Below, in pieces: positions 1 to 10,394 of a stretch of 53,942 bases of DNA. Every line of letters starts with the position of its first letter. Position 1 is the first letter of the stretch. The stretch covers positions 1-53,942 of the forward strand of contig JAIQFJ010000001.1 in NCBI GenBank assembly GCA_020073325.1, read 5' to 3'. The notes under the pieces are model-generated. The model worked only from the letters and a program-made list of their open reading frames with translations, searched no databases and was not told the DNA's origin. The DNA comes from Terriglobia bacterium (GTDB lineage: Bacteria > Acidobacteriota > Terriglobia > Bryobacterales > Bryobacteraceae). The position numbers and the translations under genes were made by a program.

Positions 1-95
1 CTGAGTTCGGCGGCAGCGGCGCCGCTAAGATCCTGCACCATGCTGGACAGCCGGTAACTCAGATTCCGGTTCAAGCTGAAAACGGAATCCGCCAT
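1..95 (-). CDS. 5' end of an unidentified gene running off the left edge (MADSVFSLNRNLSYRLSSMVQDLSGAAAAEL...)
   Basis: ATG at 95-93 on the minus strand, open to position 1. Too short for a family call. Confidence 0.3.
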   Translation of the reverse strand, partial: MADSVFSLNRNLSYRLSSMVQDLSGAAAAEL

Positions 96-165
96 TGCTG
101 TTTCTCGTCCTGGTTTGCAGGATAGAGCACGGCAGCTACTCTGTCAACCGAGGTTATAATGTGCG

Positions 166-1842
166 TTGCCACGCCCCGTTTCCGACTACTTCCGGCGTCA
201 CGGCGCCGCCCTCGGCGCGATCGCCGCGGTGTCGTGGGTGGCGAACTATCTGCATGTCACCAAACTCGGGCTCTACGCCGACGACTGGTATTACATCGCT
301 TTCCCCTTTCTGTGCCGTGTCAAGGACTGGATGGGCACCGCGCTCAGCAACAACCTCACGCCTGAAAATATTCAGGGCCGTCCGCTGCAGGTCATTTTCG
401 GCTACACGTTTGCGCAGATCGGCGCGCTGGCCGACAGCCTCGCCGTCGATTATCTGATCGCCTATGCTCTGTCCACCGCCGGCGCGCTGCTGATGTACGA
501 AGTCCTGCGCCGCCGCTTCGCGACACATGTCGCGGCCCTGGCTGCCGTGATCTTCGCCATTTCGCCGCTGCATACGGTACATCAATTTCTCAACGGACAA
601 TTCTCCTTCGCGCCGTCGTTCCTGTTTGTCTTCGCCGCGATGATCCTCTATCTCGACGGCAAACGCACGCTGTCGTACATCGTCGCCGCGCCGGCGCTGT
701 TGTGCTACGAAAGCATGTTTTTTCTCTTTGTTCCGGTGCCGCTCCTCAAGCCCGGACCGATGTTCAAGGACCGCCGGCGCGAATGGACCGTGCATCTCGC
801 CGCGGTCGCCGGGGTCACGGCGCTCTATTTCCTGGGCCGTGCTTTCCTTGGCGAAAAACGCGCCGCGGGCCTTCCGCACCGCTTCGATCTCGCCTGGAAC
901 GTCCTCCAAGACTGGATCTATTATGCGGCGACGTCGTTTCTGAATTATCCCTACGCCGCGCTGCGCGTTCATGAAGCGACGCTCGAAGGCTGGATCTACG
1001 GCGTTGTGTTCTTTGTGCTCGCCTGGCTGTGGCTTGCGCGCCAGAAGTCCGCGGAGAAGGAACCCCTCGCCTCCGCGGCCATCGCTTTGATCTTTGTCGC
1101 CGCGGGATTCCTGCTGTCCTATTTCTTCGAAATGCCGCCGAGGCCGTACCTGATCTTCACCGACCGTGCCTCGCGCATCCACATCGCCGGAAGTTTCGGA
1201 TCCAGCCTGCTGATCGCCATCGGCATCGATCAATGCCTGCGATGGCGGAGCCGCATCCTGCCTCTCCTCGCCGCCGCGCTCACGGTGCTGTTTCTTTACG
1301 CCTTCGTCATTCAAAACGACTACATCGAGGATTGGCGCGATCAGCGCGCGGACATCGCCCAAACTATCGCGCTGACTCCCGATGCGACGCCCGGCTCGCT
1401 GATCATTCTTCAGCTTCGCCGTCCTCAGGAACGATTTTTCCAATCCGGCCGCCGCCGCCGGGGCATCGGCTTCGAAAAGACCGTCTTCGAGTGGCATTTT
1501 CCGCATATCTGCGCCGATATTGCGAACTGCCCGCAGCTTTTCGCGGTGTACTCGCCGGCCTGGAGCCACTACCTGCGGCAGGACTCCGACGGATGGATGA
1601 GTTGGACGCAGCCGCTTTTCGATGGCCGCTTTTACCAGGTCTCCGGTCGTTTTCGTCCCGGCCGCTTTATCGTGCTGGAAGAAACGTCGCCAGGGCACCT
1701 GCGCCGGTCGACCGAACCGATCTATGCCGGCGGCGCGCAGATTGTTCAATTGCCGGAGCCGCGCGAGAAATCTTTCTGGCGGTCGATCCCGTCGACGCCG
1801 TTCACCAGACTTTTTCTGGATCCATCAGCGCTCGGCCACTAA
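166..1842 (+). CDS. Polytopic membrane protein, possibly a GT-C-like glycosyltransferase or polysaccharide-related protein
   Basis: 558-aa ORF with a TTG start. Many hydrophobic segments in the N-terminal two-thirds (LYADDWYYIAFPF...) and a soluble C-terminal part. G/C-rich third codon positions. Sits next to sugar-nucleotide genes. Start uncertain. Confidence 0.6.
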   Translation: MPRPVSDYFRRHGAALGAIAAVSWVANYLHVTKLGLYADDWYYIAFPFLCRVKDWMGTALSNNLTPENIQGRPLQVIFGYTFAQIGALADSLAVDYLIAYALSTAGALLMYEVLRRRFATHVAALAAVIFAISPLHTVHQFLNGQFSFAPSFLFVFAAMILYLDGKRTLSYIVAAPALLCYESMFFLFVPVPLLKPGPMFKDRRREWTVHLAAVAGVTALYFLGRAFLGEKRAAGLPHRFDLAWNVLQDWIYYAATSFLNYPYAALRVHEATLEGWIYGVVFFVLAWLWLARQKSAEKEPLASAAIALIFVAAGFLLSYFFEMPPRPYLIFTDRASRIHIAGSFGSSLLIAIGIDQCLRWRSRILPLLAAALTVLFLYAFVIQNDYIEDWRDQRADIAQTIALTPDATPGSLIILQLRRPQERFFQSGRRRRGIGFEKTVFEWHFPHICADIANCPQLFAVYSPAWSHYLRQDSDGWMSWTQPLFDGRFYQVSGRFRPGRFIVLEETSPGHLRRSTEPIYAGGAQIVQLPEPREKSFWRSIPSTPFTRLFLDPSALGH

Positions 1843-1844
1843 GC

Positions 1845-2531
1845 TTAACGCGCCAGATACTGCGACAACTCCGCGATCCCCTCAAACGACCCGATCTCAT
1901 AAAATCGCTCCCGAACCTCGCACGCCGTCAGTTCGCCGCGCCGCAGCAGCGTGCGATACAACTCCGCCAGGTCCGCCTCCGATCCCGAAAACGCCTCCGC
2001 GCGAAACACGCCCAGCCCATAATCGATATGCCGCATCGCGTCCGTACGATTTTTCTTGTCGTAAACGCGAATCGATCCATCCGCCGACAACTCGACGTTG
2101 CTGCGATCCCAGCGGTCCTCGTTGCGATACACGGTCATCAAAGCCTGCTTGTTCGACTCGCGAAATCGCTGCCCGACCGCCTGGTAATCGCAAGGCAGAT
2201 ACGAATCTCCGTACAAGACAAAAAATTCCGGCCCGAGCAGCGGCAGCGCCGACCGCACCGCACCCGCCGTTCCCAGCAGCTTCTCGCCGTCGAACGAATA
2301 ATCCACGCGCAGCCCGAAGCGCGACCCGTCGCCCGCATATTCGCGCAGCATTTCGCCTAGAAATCCCGCACACAACACCACGTGGTCGATTCCCGCCGCC
2401 CGCAGCAATCGCAACTGATGCGCGAGAAACGGCTCGCCCGCGACCTCCACTAACGATTTCGGGATTTTTTGCGTCAGCGGATAAAGCCGCGTGGCGAGGC
2501 CGCCGCACAAAATCGCCGCCGGCAAACTCAT
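1845..2531 (-). CDS. Sugar-phosphate nucleotidyltransferase (NTP_transferase family)
   Basis: N-terminal AAILCGGLATRLYPLTQKIPKSLVEVAG motif (GxGxRL). GTAGA and YGDSY motifs. Overlaps the upstream oxidoreductase gene by 4 nt. Confidence 0.85.
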   Translation of the reverse strand: MSLPAAILCGGLATRLYPLTQKIPKSLVEVAGEPFLAHQLRLLRAAGIDHVVLCAGFLGEMLREYAGDGSRFGLRVDYSFDGEKLLGTAGAVRSALPLLGPEFFVLYGDSYLPCDYQAVGQRFRESNKQALMTVYRNEDRWDRSNVELSADGSIRVYDKKNRTDAMRHIDYGLGVFRAEAFSGSEADLAELYRTLLRRGELTACEVRERFYEIGSFEGIAELSQYLAR

Positions 2532-3490
2532 CGCGACCCGTAAACGCGTTCGACAATATCAAGCGCCGCGCGCGCGTCCTCCAACCCCGGCCCGCGCCGG
2601 CGGCCCGTGCGGATCGCCTCTTCGAAATCCGCCAGCTCCAGCGACCAGGAAACATCCTCGCCCGGATATTCCCAAATGGTCGTCTCCGGCGGACCCATCT
2701 GCGGCAGCATCTTATAAAATGCGATCCGCTCGACTCCATAGCTCCCGCCCAGCCCCTGCAGATCGAGCTTCCCGTCGCGCCCGTAGATTTCGAGCGAAAA
2801 GAGATTCTTCCATTCCGTGCAGCTCACATGCAGCCACGCCGTTTGCCCGGCGAGGGTCGTGAGCGACACGAACGCGTTGTCGTCCACCGGCATGTTCCAG
2901 TAATAGGTGACCGCGTGTCCGTCGACGCGCGCGAAATCGCCGAGAAACCAGCGCGACAGATCGATCATATGAACGCCCTGATCGATCAGTTCTCCTCCGC
3001 CTGAAACCGCCGGATCCGAGCGCCACTCTTTTTCATACCCGACGCGTCCGCCGTGCCCGTACCGTCCGCGCAGAAACAGCAGCGTGCCGAGCGCCCCCGC
3101 ATCGATCAGCTCGCGAGCCTTTCGCAGCGCCGGATGATAGCGGTGATTGAACCCAACCTGCACCACCACGCCCGCCTTCCGCGCCGCGGCGATCACCGCA
3201 TCGAGCTCCGTCACGGTTCGCGCCGCCGGCTTTTCGACGATGATGTGCTTCCCTGCCTCACAAGCCGCCATCGCGACCGGCGCCAGCCACTGATTGGTCG
3301 TCGCCACGACCACCGCGTCCACTTCGGCCGACGTCACCGCGGTGCACCAATCGTCCGTCGCTTCGGCCCCCAATGAGCGCGCGCGGTCGACGTTCACATC
3401 GGCCGCGAATCGCACGCGATGTCCCGCAGCCCGTAAAGCGCGAGCCCGCTTCGATCCAATCAATCCACAACCCACAATCGCGAAGTTCAT
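2528..3490 (-). CDS. Gfo/Idh/MocA family NAD(P)-dependent oxidoreductase
   Basis: Rossmann start MNFAIVGCGLIGSKRA. EKP motif (HIIVEKPAA). The ORF-track extension to 3646 reads through an intergenic repeat, so ATG 3490 is preferred. Confidence 0.85.
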   Translation of the reverse strand: MNFAIVGCGLIGSKRARALRAAGHRVRFAADVNVDRARSLGAEATDDWCTAVTSAEVDAVVVATTNQWLAPVAMAACEAGKHIIVEKPAARTVTELDAVIAAARKAGVVVQVGFNHRYHPALRKARELIDAGALGTLLFLRGRYGHGGRVGYEKEWRSDPAVSGGGELIDQGVHMIDLSRWFLGDFARVDGHAVTYYWNMPVDDNAFVSLTTLAGQTAWLHVSCTEWKNLFSLEIYGRDGKLDLQGLGGSYGVERIAFYKMLPQMGPPETTIWEYPGEDVSWSLELADFEEAIRTGRRRGPGLEDARAALDIVERVYGSR

Positions 3491-3571
3491 CGAGTCACAC
3501 AATTTTACGATGCCGTCAGGCTCGTCAGGACCACCAAAGAGCGGTGCAGTGTTCGTCAGCCTGTCTGAAAA

Positions 3572-3631
3572 CTCAACTTGACCAGGAACGTGGGGCCGCT
3601 CGTCGAGCGGCGAGCCGGCCGCCGTGCCGGC
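3572..3631. repeat. Family-B intergenic repeat (double-hairpin element), copy 1
   Basis: CTCAACTTGACCAGGAACGTGGGGCCGCTCGTCGAGCGGCGAGCCGGC..GCCGGCT recurs near-identically at about 32540-32610 and 32737-32807. Contains hairpins GCCGCTC-GTC-GAGCGGC and GCCGGC-N6-GCCGGC. Confidence 0.85.
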
Positions 3632-3664
3632 TTGAGCCGCGGTCAAATGATCACGCGATGCGAG

Positions 3665-3679
3665 TTTTCACACAGACTC
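3665..3679. repeat. Family-A repeat, solo terminal arm (TTTTCACACAGACTC)
   Basis: Identical 15-mer to the right terminus of the 6600-6730 element. Confidence 0.7.
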
Positions 3680-3825
3680 GTAATGACGCGCGCAGGGCCG
3701 CCGTGTGAGGCGCGACTGGGCACGTGCCCTCGCGTTTCGCAAAGTGCCGAGTAATCATCTTCCGGAAGCGGTTCGCTGTTCGATACCGAACCAGCGCCCG
3801 CGCGAATAGCAGCGTTGGACCGCTC

Positions 3826-4716
3826 CTATGGTCGCGGCTCGCCGAGCTTTTCGGTAATGGTGACCGGGTCCTGCAATTTGAACGTCAGGCGCGATTCGAC
3901 CGGCAGTTCCGCAGGCTTGCCTCTGGTCATGGCGACCGAGGCGGCTCCGGCTGCTGCGCCGGCGGCCGCCCCAATCGCTGCGCCCTTCCATCGTGCGCTC
4001 GCGGCGCCGATCGCCGCGCCTAATCCTGCGCCCAATGCGACCTTCGCGCCGTCCTCCACCTTCGACTCGGGTCCGGACTTGACGAAGTGCGTGGTGCGAA
4101 CCTCGATCGTCTGGCCGTCGGTGGTCTCGATCTGCGTCAATTCGAGCGACAATCGCGCAAGCCCGGTGACGCGGCCCGCCTGCTCCGATTCCGCGATCCG
4201 GCCGGTGACGCGCGCGCCCCGCGCCGCGATGATGAATCCGTCGATCACCAGCGGCAGCTCCAGCGCGCCCGCGAACGATTCTCCCGCCCGCCGCGATTTC
4301 GTCGAGAGCGGCTCGGAAAGTCGCACCGAAAACGACGTGCCCGCGGGAATCGTCACCGTATGCGGCCCCGGCGGCGGCAGTTTCAGGTCGACGACCGGAG
4401 CGGGCATCTTCAACTCGGCGGTCGACAACACCGGAGGTTCGGGCTCGGGCTCCGGATCGGTCGGCTCCGGAGGTCGCGGGTCGAGAAAGAACGCCGGGGG
4501 CGTTTCGATCCGAGCCACCGTTTTCATCACCGGTTTGATCGGCGCGGGAGCCGCTGCCGCCGGGGTCGGAACCGTCAAGTCCGGCGCAGCGGGCGGTTTG
4601 ACGATAATCGTCAGGACCGGCGCCGGAGCCACGGCGACGCGGCGCACCGCCAGGAAAGCTCCCGTGGTGGCCGCGACGGCTCCGGCCAGGAATCCGGCCA
4701 CGATTTTCGCGTTCAT
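3826..4716 (-). CDS. Membrane-anchored protein with a Pro-rich linker and a C-terminal Gly/Ala zipper; function unknown
   Basis: N-terminal TM segment (IVAGFLAGAVAATTGAFLAV). PEPTDPEPEPEPP linker. GAGLGAAIGAA...GAAAGAAAGAA segment. Coding-like codon bias. Confidence 0.65.
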   Translation of the reverse strand: MNAKIVAGFLAGAVAATTGAFLAVRRVAVAPAPVLTIIVKPPAAPDLTVPTPAAAAPAPIKPVMKTVARIETPPAFFLDPRPPEPTDPEPEPEPPVLSTAELKMPAPVVDLKLPPPGPHTVTIPAGTSFSVRLSEPLSTKSRRAGESFAGALELPLVIDGFIIAARGARVTGRIAESEQAGRVTGLARLSLELTQIETTDGQTIEVRTTHFVKSGPESKVEDGAKVALGAGLGAAIGAASARWKGAAIGAAAGAAAGAASVAMTRGKPAELPVESRLTFKLQDPVTITEKLGEPRP

Positions 4717-4791
4717 CCCCGCCTCTCATCATGATGAACGCAGCCCGCGCAGAGTGCGTTTCGCAAATCGCTGACGTTAAAATGGAATTTA

Positions 4792-5793
4792 ATGTTCCCC
4801 AGCGAATACAGCGTCGGGCCTGTGCGCATCCACCCGGCGACGGTGCTGGCGCCGATGGCCGGCGTCACCGACACCGTGTTCCGGCGGATGATCCGCGCCC
4901 AGGGCGGCTGCGGCCTCATCATGACCGAGTTCACCAGCAGCCACGGCGTGGTGGCGTCGGCGCGCGCGACCAAGCCCACCCGCACCTTCCGCTATCTCTA
5001 TTTCGCCAAAGACGAGCATCCGATTTCGGCGCAGCTTTTCGGCTCCGATCCCGAGGTGATGGCGGAGGCGGCTCGCTATTGCCAGGACCTGGGATTCGAC
5101 ATTGTCGACATCAATTTCGGCTGCCCCGTGAAAAAAGTGGTGAGCTGCAACGGCGGCTCCGGCCTGCTGCGCGATCTTCCGCTGGTCGAGCAAATTTTGC
5201 GCAGCGTACGCGGGGCGATTTCGATTCCGCTGACCATGAAATTTCGCGCCGGATGGAACGATCGCGAACTGGTCGCGGTGCGGATGGCGAAGCTCGCCGA
5301 AGATTGCGGCCTGCAGGCCGTCGCGTTGCATCCGCGGACGCGCGAACAGGGCTACAGCGGTCATGCCGACTGGACCCGCATCGGCGAAGTGAAGGCCGCG
5401 GTGAAGATCCCGGTGATCGGCAATGGCGATATTCTGACGCCTGAAGACGCGGTGCGGATGGTTCGCGAAACCGGCTGCGACGCGGTCATGGTGGGTCGCG
5501 CGGCGTCGTCGAATCCGTGGATTTTCCGGCAGATCCGCGACTATCTGGAGACGGGCCGCTATGACACGCCCACGGAGAGCGCGCGCTACGAAATGATGCG
5601 CCGCTATTACACCATGCTGCAGGAGCATGGGTCGCCGGACGCGGTCGGCAAGATGAAGCAGTTCGCCACGTACTTCACGCATGGGGTGCGCAACGGATCG
5701 AAGCTGCGCTCGGAAATTTATCACGCCGGGACCGCGGAGCAGATCCTGGAAATGGTCGACGCGTTTTTCGAACGCGAGCTGGCTGCGGCGTAG
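4792..5793 (+). CDS. dus: tRNA-dihydrouridine synthase
   Basis: LAPMAGVTDTVFRRM and INFGCPVKKV motifs typical of the Dus family. 333 aa. Confidence 0.9.
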   Translation: MFPSEYSVGPVRIHPATVLAPMAGVTDTVFRRMIRAQGGCGLIMTEFTSSHGVVASARATKPTRTFRYLYFAKDEHPISAQLFGSDPEVMAEAARYCQDLGFDIVDINFGCPVKKVVSCNGGSGLLRDLPLVEQILRSVRGAISIPLTMKFRAGWNDRELVAVRMAKLAEDCGLQAVALHPRTREQGYSGHADWTRIGEVKAAVKIPVIGNGDILTPEDAVRMVRETGCDAVMVGRAASSNPWIFRQIRDYLETGRYDTPTESARYEMMRRYYTMLQEHGSPDAVGKMKQFATYFTHGVRNGSKLRSEIYHAGTAEQILEMVDAFFERELAAA

Positions 5794-5795
5794 GC

Positions 5796-6560
5796 CTACA
5801 GGCCCATGATGTGGAACCCGGCGTCGACGAAGAGCACGTCGCCGGTGATGCCGCGGCCGAGGTCGCTGGCCAGAAGAACGGCGGCGTCGGCCACTTCGGC
5901 GGGATCGGTATTGCGGCGGAACGGAGCGCGCGCGGCCCCGGCTTCGAGAATTTTCGAAAAATCCTTGATGCCCCGGGCGGAGGCGGTCTTCACCGGACCC
6001 GCCGAGATCGCGTTGACACGGATTTTTCGCGGCCCAAGTTCGCTCGCGAGATAGCGCACGGCGGCTTCCAGAGCGGCTTTGGCGACACCCATCACGTTGT
6101 AATTCGTCAGGACGCGCTGCGAGCCGAGATAAGAAAGCGTGAGGATCGATCCTCCCTCGGTCATCAGCGGGGCCGTGGCTTTAGCGACGGCGACCAATGA
6201 AAACGAGCTGATTTCCTGCGCCAGAAGATAGCCGGCGCGCGAGGTTTCGACGAAGGGTCGATCCAGGTCCTCGCGGTTGGCGAAAGCGATGCTGTGGACG
6301 ACAATGTCGAGCTTCTCGCCATGGAGTGTTTCGGTGAGGCGCGCGAGGTCTTGGTCTTTCGAGACATCGCAATCGAAGGTCTTTTCGGCGCCCAGTTCGG
6401 CGGCGAGTTGCTCGACCGGTTTTTGGAGGCGCTCGCCCTGGTAGGTCAGGATGAGCTTCGCGCCTTCGCGGCGAAACGCTTGCGCGATGGCGTAGGCGAG
6501 GCTCCACTTATTGGCGACGCCCAGGATGAGCGCAGTTTTTCCGGCGAGGAGTTGTGACAT
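5796..6560 (-). CDS. fabI: Enoyl-[acyl-carrier-protein] reductase (NADH)
   Basis: GKTALILGVANKWSLAYAIA N-terminus. HSIAFA motif. Y..MGVAKAALE catalytic motif. 254 aa. Confidence 0.92.
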   Translation of the reverse strand: MSQLLAGKTALILGVANKWSLAYAIAQAFRREGAKLILTYQGERLQKPVEQLAAELGAEKTFDCDVSKDQDLARLTETLHGEKLDIVVHSIAFANREDLDRPFVETSRAGYLLAQEISSFSLVAVAKATAPLMTEGGSILTLSYLGSQRVLTNYNVMGVAKAALEAAVRYLASELGPRKIRVNAISAGPVKTASARGIKDFSKILEAGAARAPFRRNTDPAEVADAAVLLASDLGRGITGDVLFVDAGFHIMGL

Positions 6561-6599
6561 GAAGTATCTATTTTAGAAGGTCGGAGCCCCCGCCATGAC

Positions 6600-6730
6600 G
6601 AGTCTGTGTGAAAACTGAACGTTCGCCGCTTCCTGCGGTCGCGGTTCATTGCCGGCATCCCGCTGAATCAGCCGTTTAAGGAACCGCGACCGCAGGAAGC
6701 GGCCGACGCCGATCATTTTCACACAGACTC
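6600..6730. repeat. Family-A nested palindromic element (MITE/REP-like), full copy
   Basis: Perfect 15-bp terminal inverted repeats (GAGTCTGTGTGAAAA at 6600-6614, TTTTCACACAGACTC at 6716-6730). Perfect 23-bp inner inverted repeats (6625-6647 and 6681-6703). Central GCTGAATCAGC palindrome. Confidence 0.9.
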
Positions 6731-6799
6731 TGACTGACGGGGCTTTCACGGCCCGCCAAATCGCGTTGCAGAGACAAGCCCCGCCAGTCACGGCGGGGG

Positions 6800-7324
6800 C
6801 TAGTCGAGGGCCTCCAACACTTGCGCGACGCTCGTATTGTCGCCAAAGGTTTTGCTCAGATGCGCGAACCGGTCGACGTTGCCGGGGCCAAAGATGAAGG
6901 TCCCGCCGAGTTGAAACGGATTCTTTCCGAGCTTGTGCCGGCTGTGGCCGCCCGATTTGGCGCGCTTGCGGGCGGCGGCGTTGTCGGAACGAAGAATGTG
7001 GAAAATGTTTGCCTGCTTCAACCCGGCGATTTCGTAAGCTTTGCGATTTTCGTCGATCAGCAGCGGAAAATCGATGCCGGTGTCTTCCTGAAACATTTTG
7101 GCGTAATTGCGATCGCCCAGGCTGATCGCGGCGCCTTTGGCCCGAATCTCGGACTCGCGTTCGCGCAACTGCGCGACGTGCTCGCGGCAGAAGATTCCAC
7201 CGTAGTGGCGCAGAAACACGATCACGGCGGACTGATTTTCCCATAGCGAGCCGAGCCGGATCTCACGCCCGTCAGCGTCGGGCAGCGTGGCCGGCGCCAG
7301 CGATTCGCTTAATGAGTTGGGCAT
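6800..7324 (-). CDS. Peroxiredoxin-like (AhpC/TSA-related) thiol-disulfide protein
   Basis: VIVFLRHYGGIFCREHVAQL single-Cys motif typical of Prx-like proteins. 174 aa. Confidence 0.7.
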   Translation of the reverse strand: MPNSLSESLAPATLPDADGREIRLGSLWENQSAVIVFLRHYGGIFCREHVAQLRERESEIRAKGAAISLGDRNYAKMFQEDTGIDFPLLIDENRKAYEIAGLKQANIFHILRSDNAAARKRAKSGGHSRHKLGKNPFQLGGTFIFGPGNVDRFAHLSKTFGDNTSVAQVLEALD

Positions 7325-7340
7325 CTGTTAAGAAAGTATA

Positions 7341-9433
<2,093 letters not shown>

Positions 9434-9437
<4 letters not shown>

Positions 9438-9967
9438 GGGTCATCGGCGGGGAATTTCGGAGCCGCGTTTTGAAGAGCCTGCCGGGACTCGATGTGCGGC
9501 CGACGCCCGACCGGCTGCGGGAGGCGCTGTTCAACGTGCTGGCCCCGCGAATCGAAGGCGCGGTGTTCGCGGATATTTACGCGGGGACCGGCGCGGTGGG
9601 GATCGAGGCATTGAGCCGCGGTGCGTCGAAGGCGATTTTCGTCGAGCAGAATCGCGCGGCCGCAAACGTGATCCGCGAAAATTTGCGAACTCTGGGGCTG
9701 GAGCCGCGCGCGACTCTGCGGCACACGCGAGCGTCGGTCGCGCTCGAGCAGATCGAGGCGGACATTTTATTTATCGATCCGCCGTACGAGCTGGAGAAGG
9801 AATACGAGCGGTCGCTGACGGCGCTGGGAGAAAAGGCTCCGCCGCTGGTGATCGCGCAGCATCCGCTGCGAGTGAAGCTTGCGGATCGCTACGGGAAGCT
9901 GCGGCGGGCGCGCGTGCTGAAGCAGGGCGATAACGCGCTGAGTTTTTACGAACCTACTTCAGGCTGA
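9434..9967 (+). CDS. rsmD: 16S rRNA (guanine966-N2)-methyltransferase
   Basis: MRVIGGEFRSRVL, RPTPDRLREALFN, DIYAGTGAVGIEALSRGA and IDPPY motifs. 4-nt overlap with recG. Confidence 0.9.
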
Positions 9968-10394
9968 GGTGCGATTCGACGTCGCGCGCCAGCGTTTCTT
10001 TGAAGGCCGGCGTACGCTCGTAGGTGTGCGACCACAGCTCGAACGAATCGGCGGCGTTGATCAGCTTGACCGTGACGTGCGCTCCATCCGTCGAGCCATC
10101 GAGCAGTGTCCGCACGTTTAATTTCTCGCCGATGGTGCGCGTGTCCCAACGCTTGCCGGCGTAGAGCGCGGCGTCGGCCACCTGAAAATTTGGGATGGGC
10201 TTCAGGGCGTCGATGACTTCGGAGGTGACGGCTCCGGTCGAGTCGCCCACCAGCGGAAAGACCGCAATCGAAGGCGGCGGCGCGGCGCGTCCGCGAGGAT
10301 GGCCGAACAGCATCACAGCCGCGATGGTCACCACGACCGCCGTGATCACGACGATGGCAGCGACGATAAAGCGTCCTGAAACCGTCGGCTTCAT
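9954..10394 (-). CDS. Membrane-anchored TolB-N-terminal-like (COG5616-type) module protein
   Basis: 146 aa: TM segment plus SIAVFPLVGDSTG...VRTLLDGS...VTVKLINAADSFELWSHTYE. This resembles the IAVLPF..LS...YVLEGSV...V.LID...LW module found on acidobacterial kinases and cyclases. ATGA overlap with the upstream gene. The ORF-track entry 9954-11219 is an artefactual extension. Confidence 0.6.
   Translation of the reverse strand: MKPTVSGRFIVAAIVVITAVVVTIAAVMLFGHPRGRAAPPPSIAVFPLVGDSTGAVTSEVIDALKPIPNFQVADAALYAGKRWDTRTIGEKLNVRTLLDGSTDGAHVTVKLINAADSFELWSHTYERTPAFKETLARDVESHLSLK

Noticed and set aside
154-1749. 531-aa minus-strand ORF; similar antisense ORFs at 21301-22740, 23028-24530, 16861-17964, 38130-39095 and 41239-42228
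   Set aside because: All have a biased Arg/Ala/Gly composition and lie opposite genes with strong family motifs or better codon bias.
2528-3646. N-terminal extensions of track ORFs (oxidoreductase to 3646; ppx from 12498; beta-lactamase-like to 28692; 50105-50551; 43365-43811)
   Set aside because: The extensions read through intergenic repeats or divergent genes and precede clear native N-termini (Rossmann GxGxxG, ASKHA start, signal peptides).
6446-7244. Small ORFs translated through repeat elements (6446-6658, 6573-7244, 17986-18444, 18020-18379, 32730-32951, 32430-32726)
   Set aside because: Their shared peptide strings (for example RRKRRTFSFHT and SPLDERPHV) arise from repeated palindromic DNA in either orientation and have no independent coding signal.
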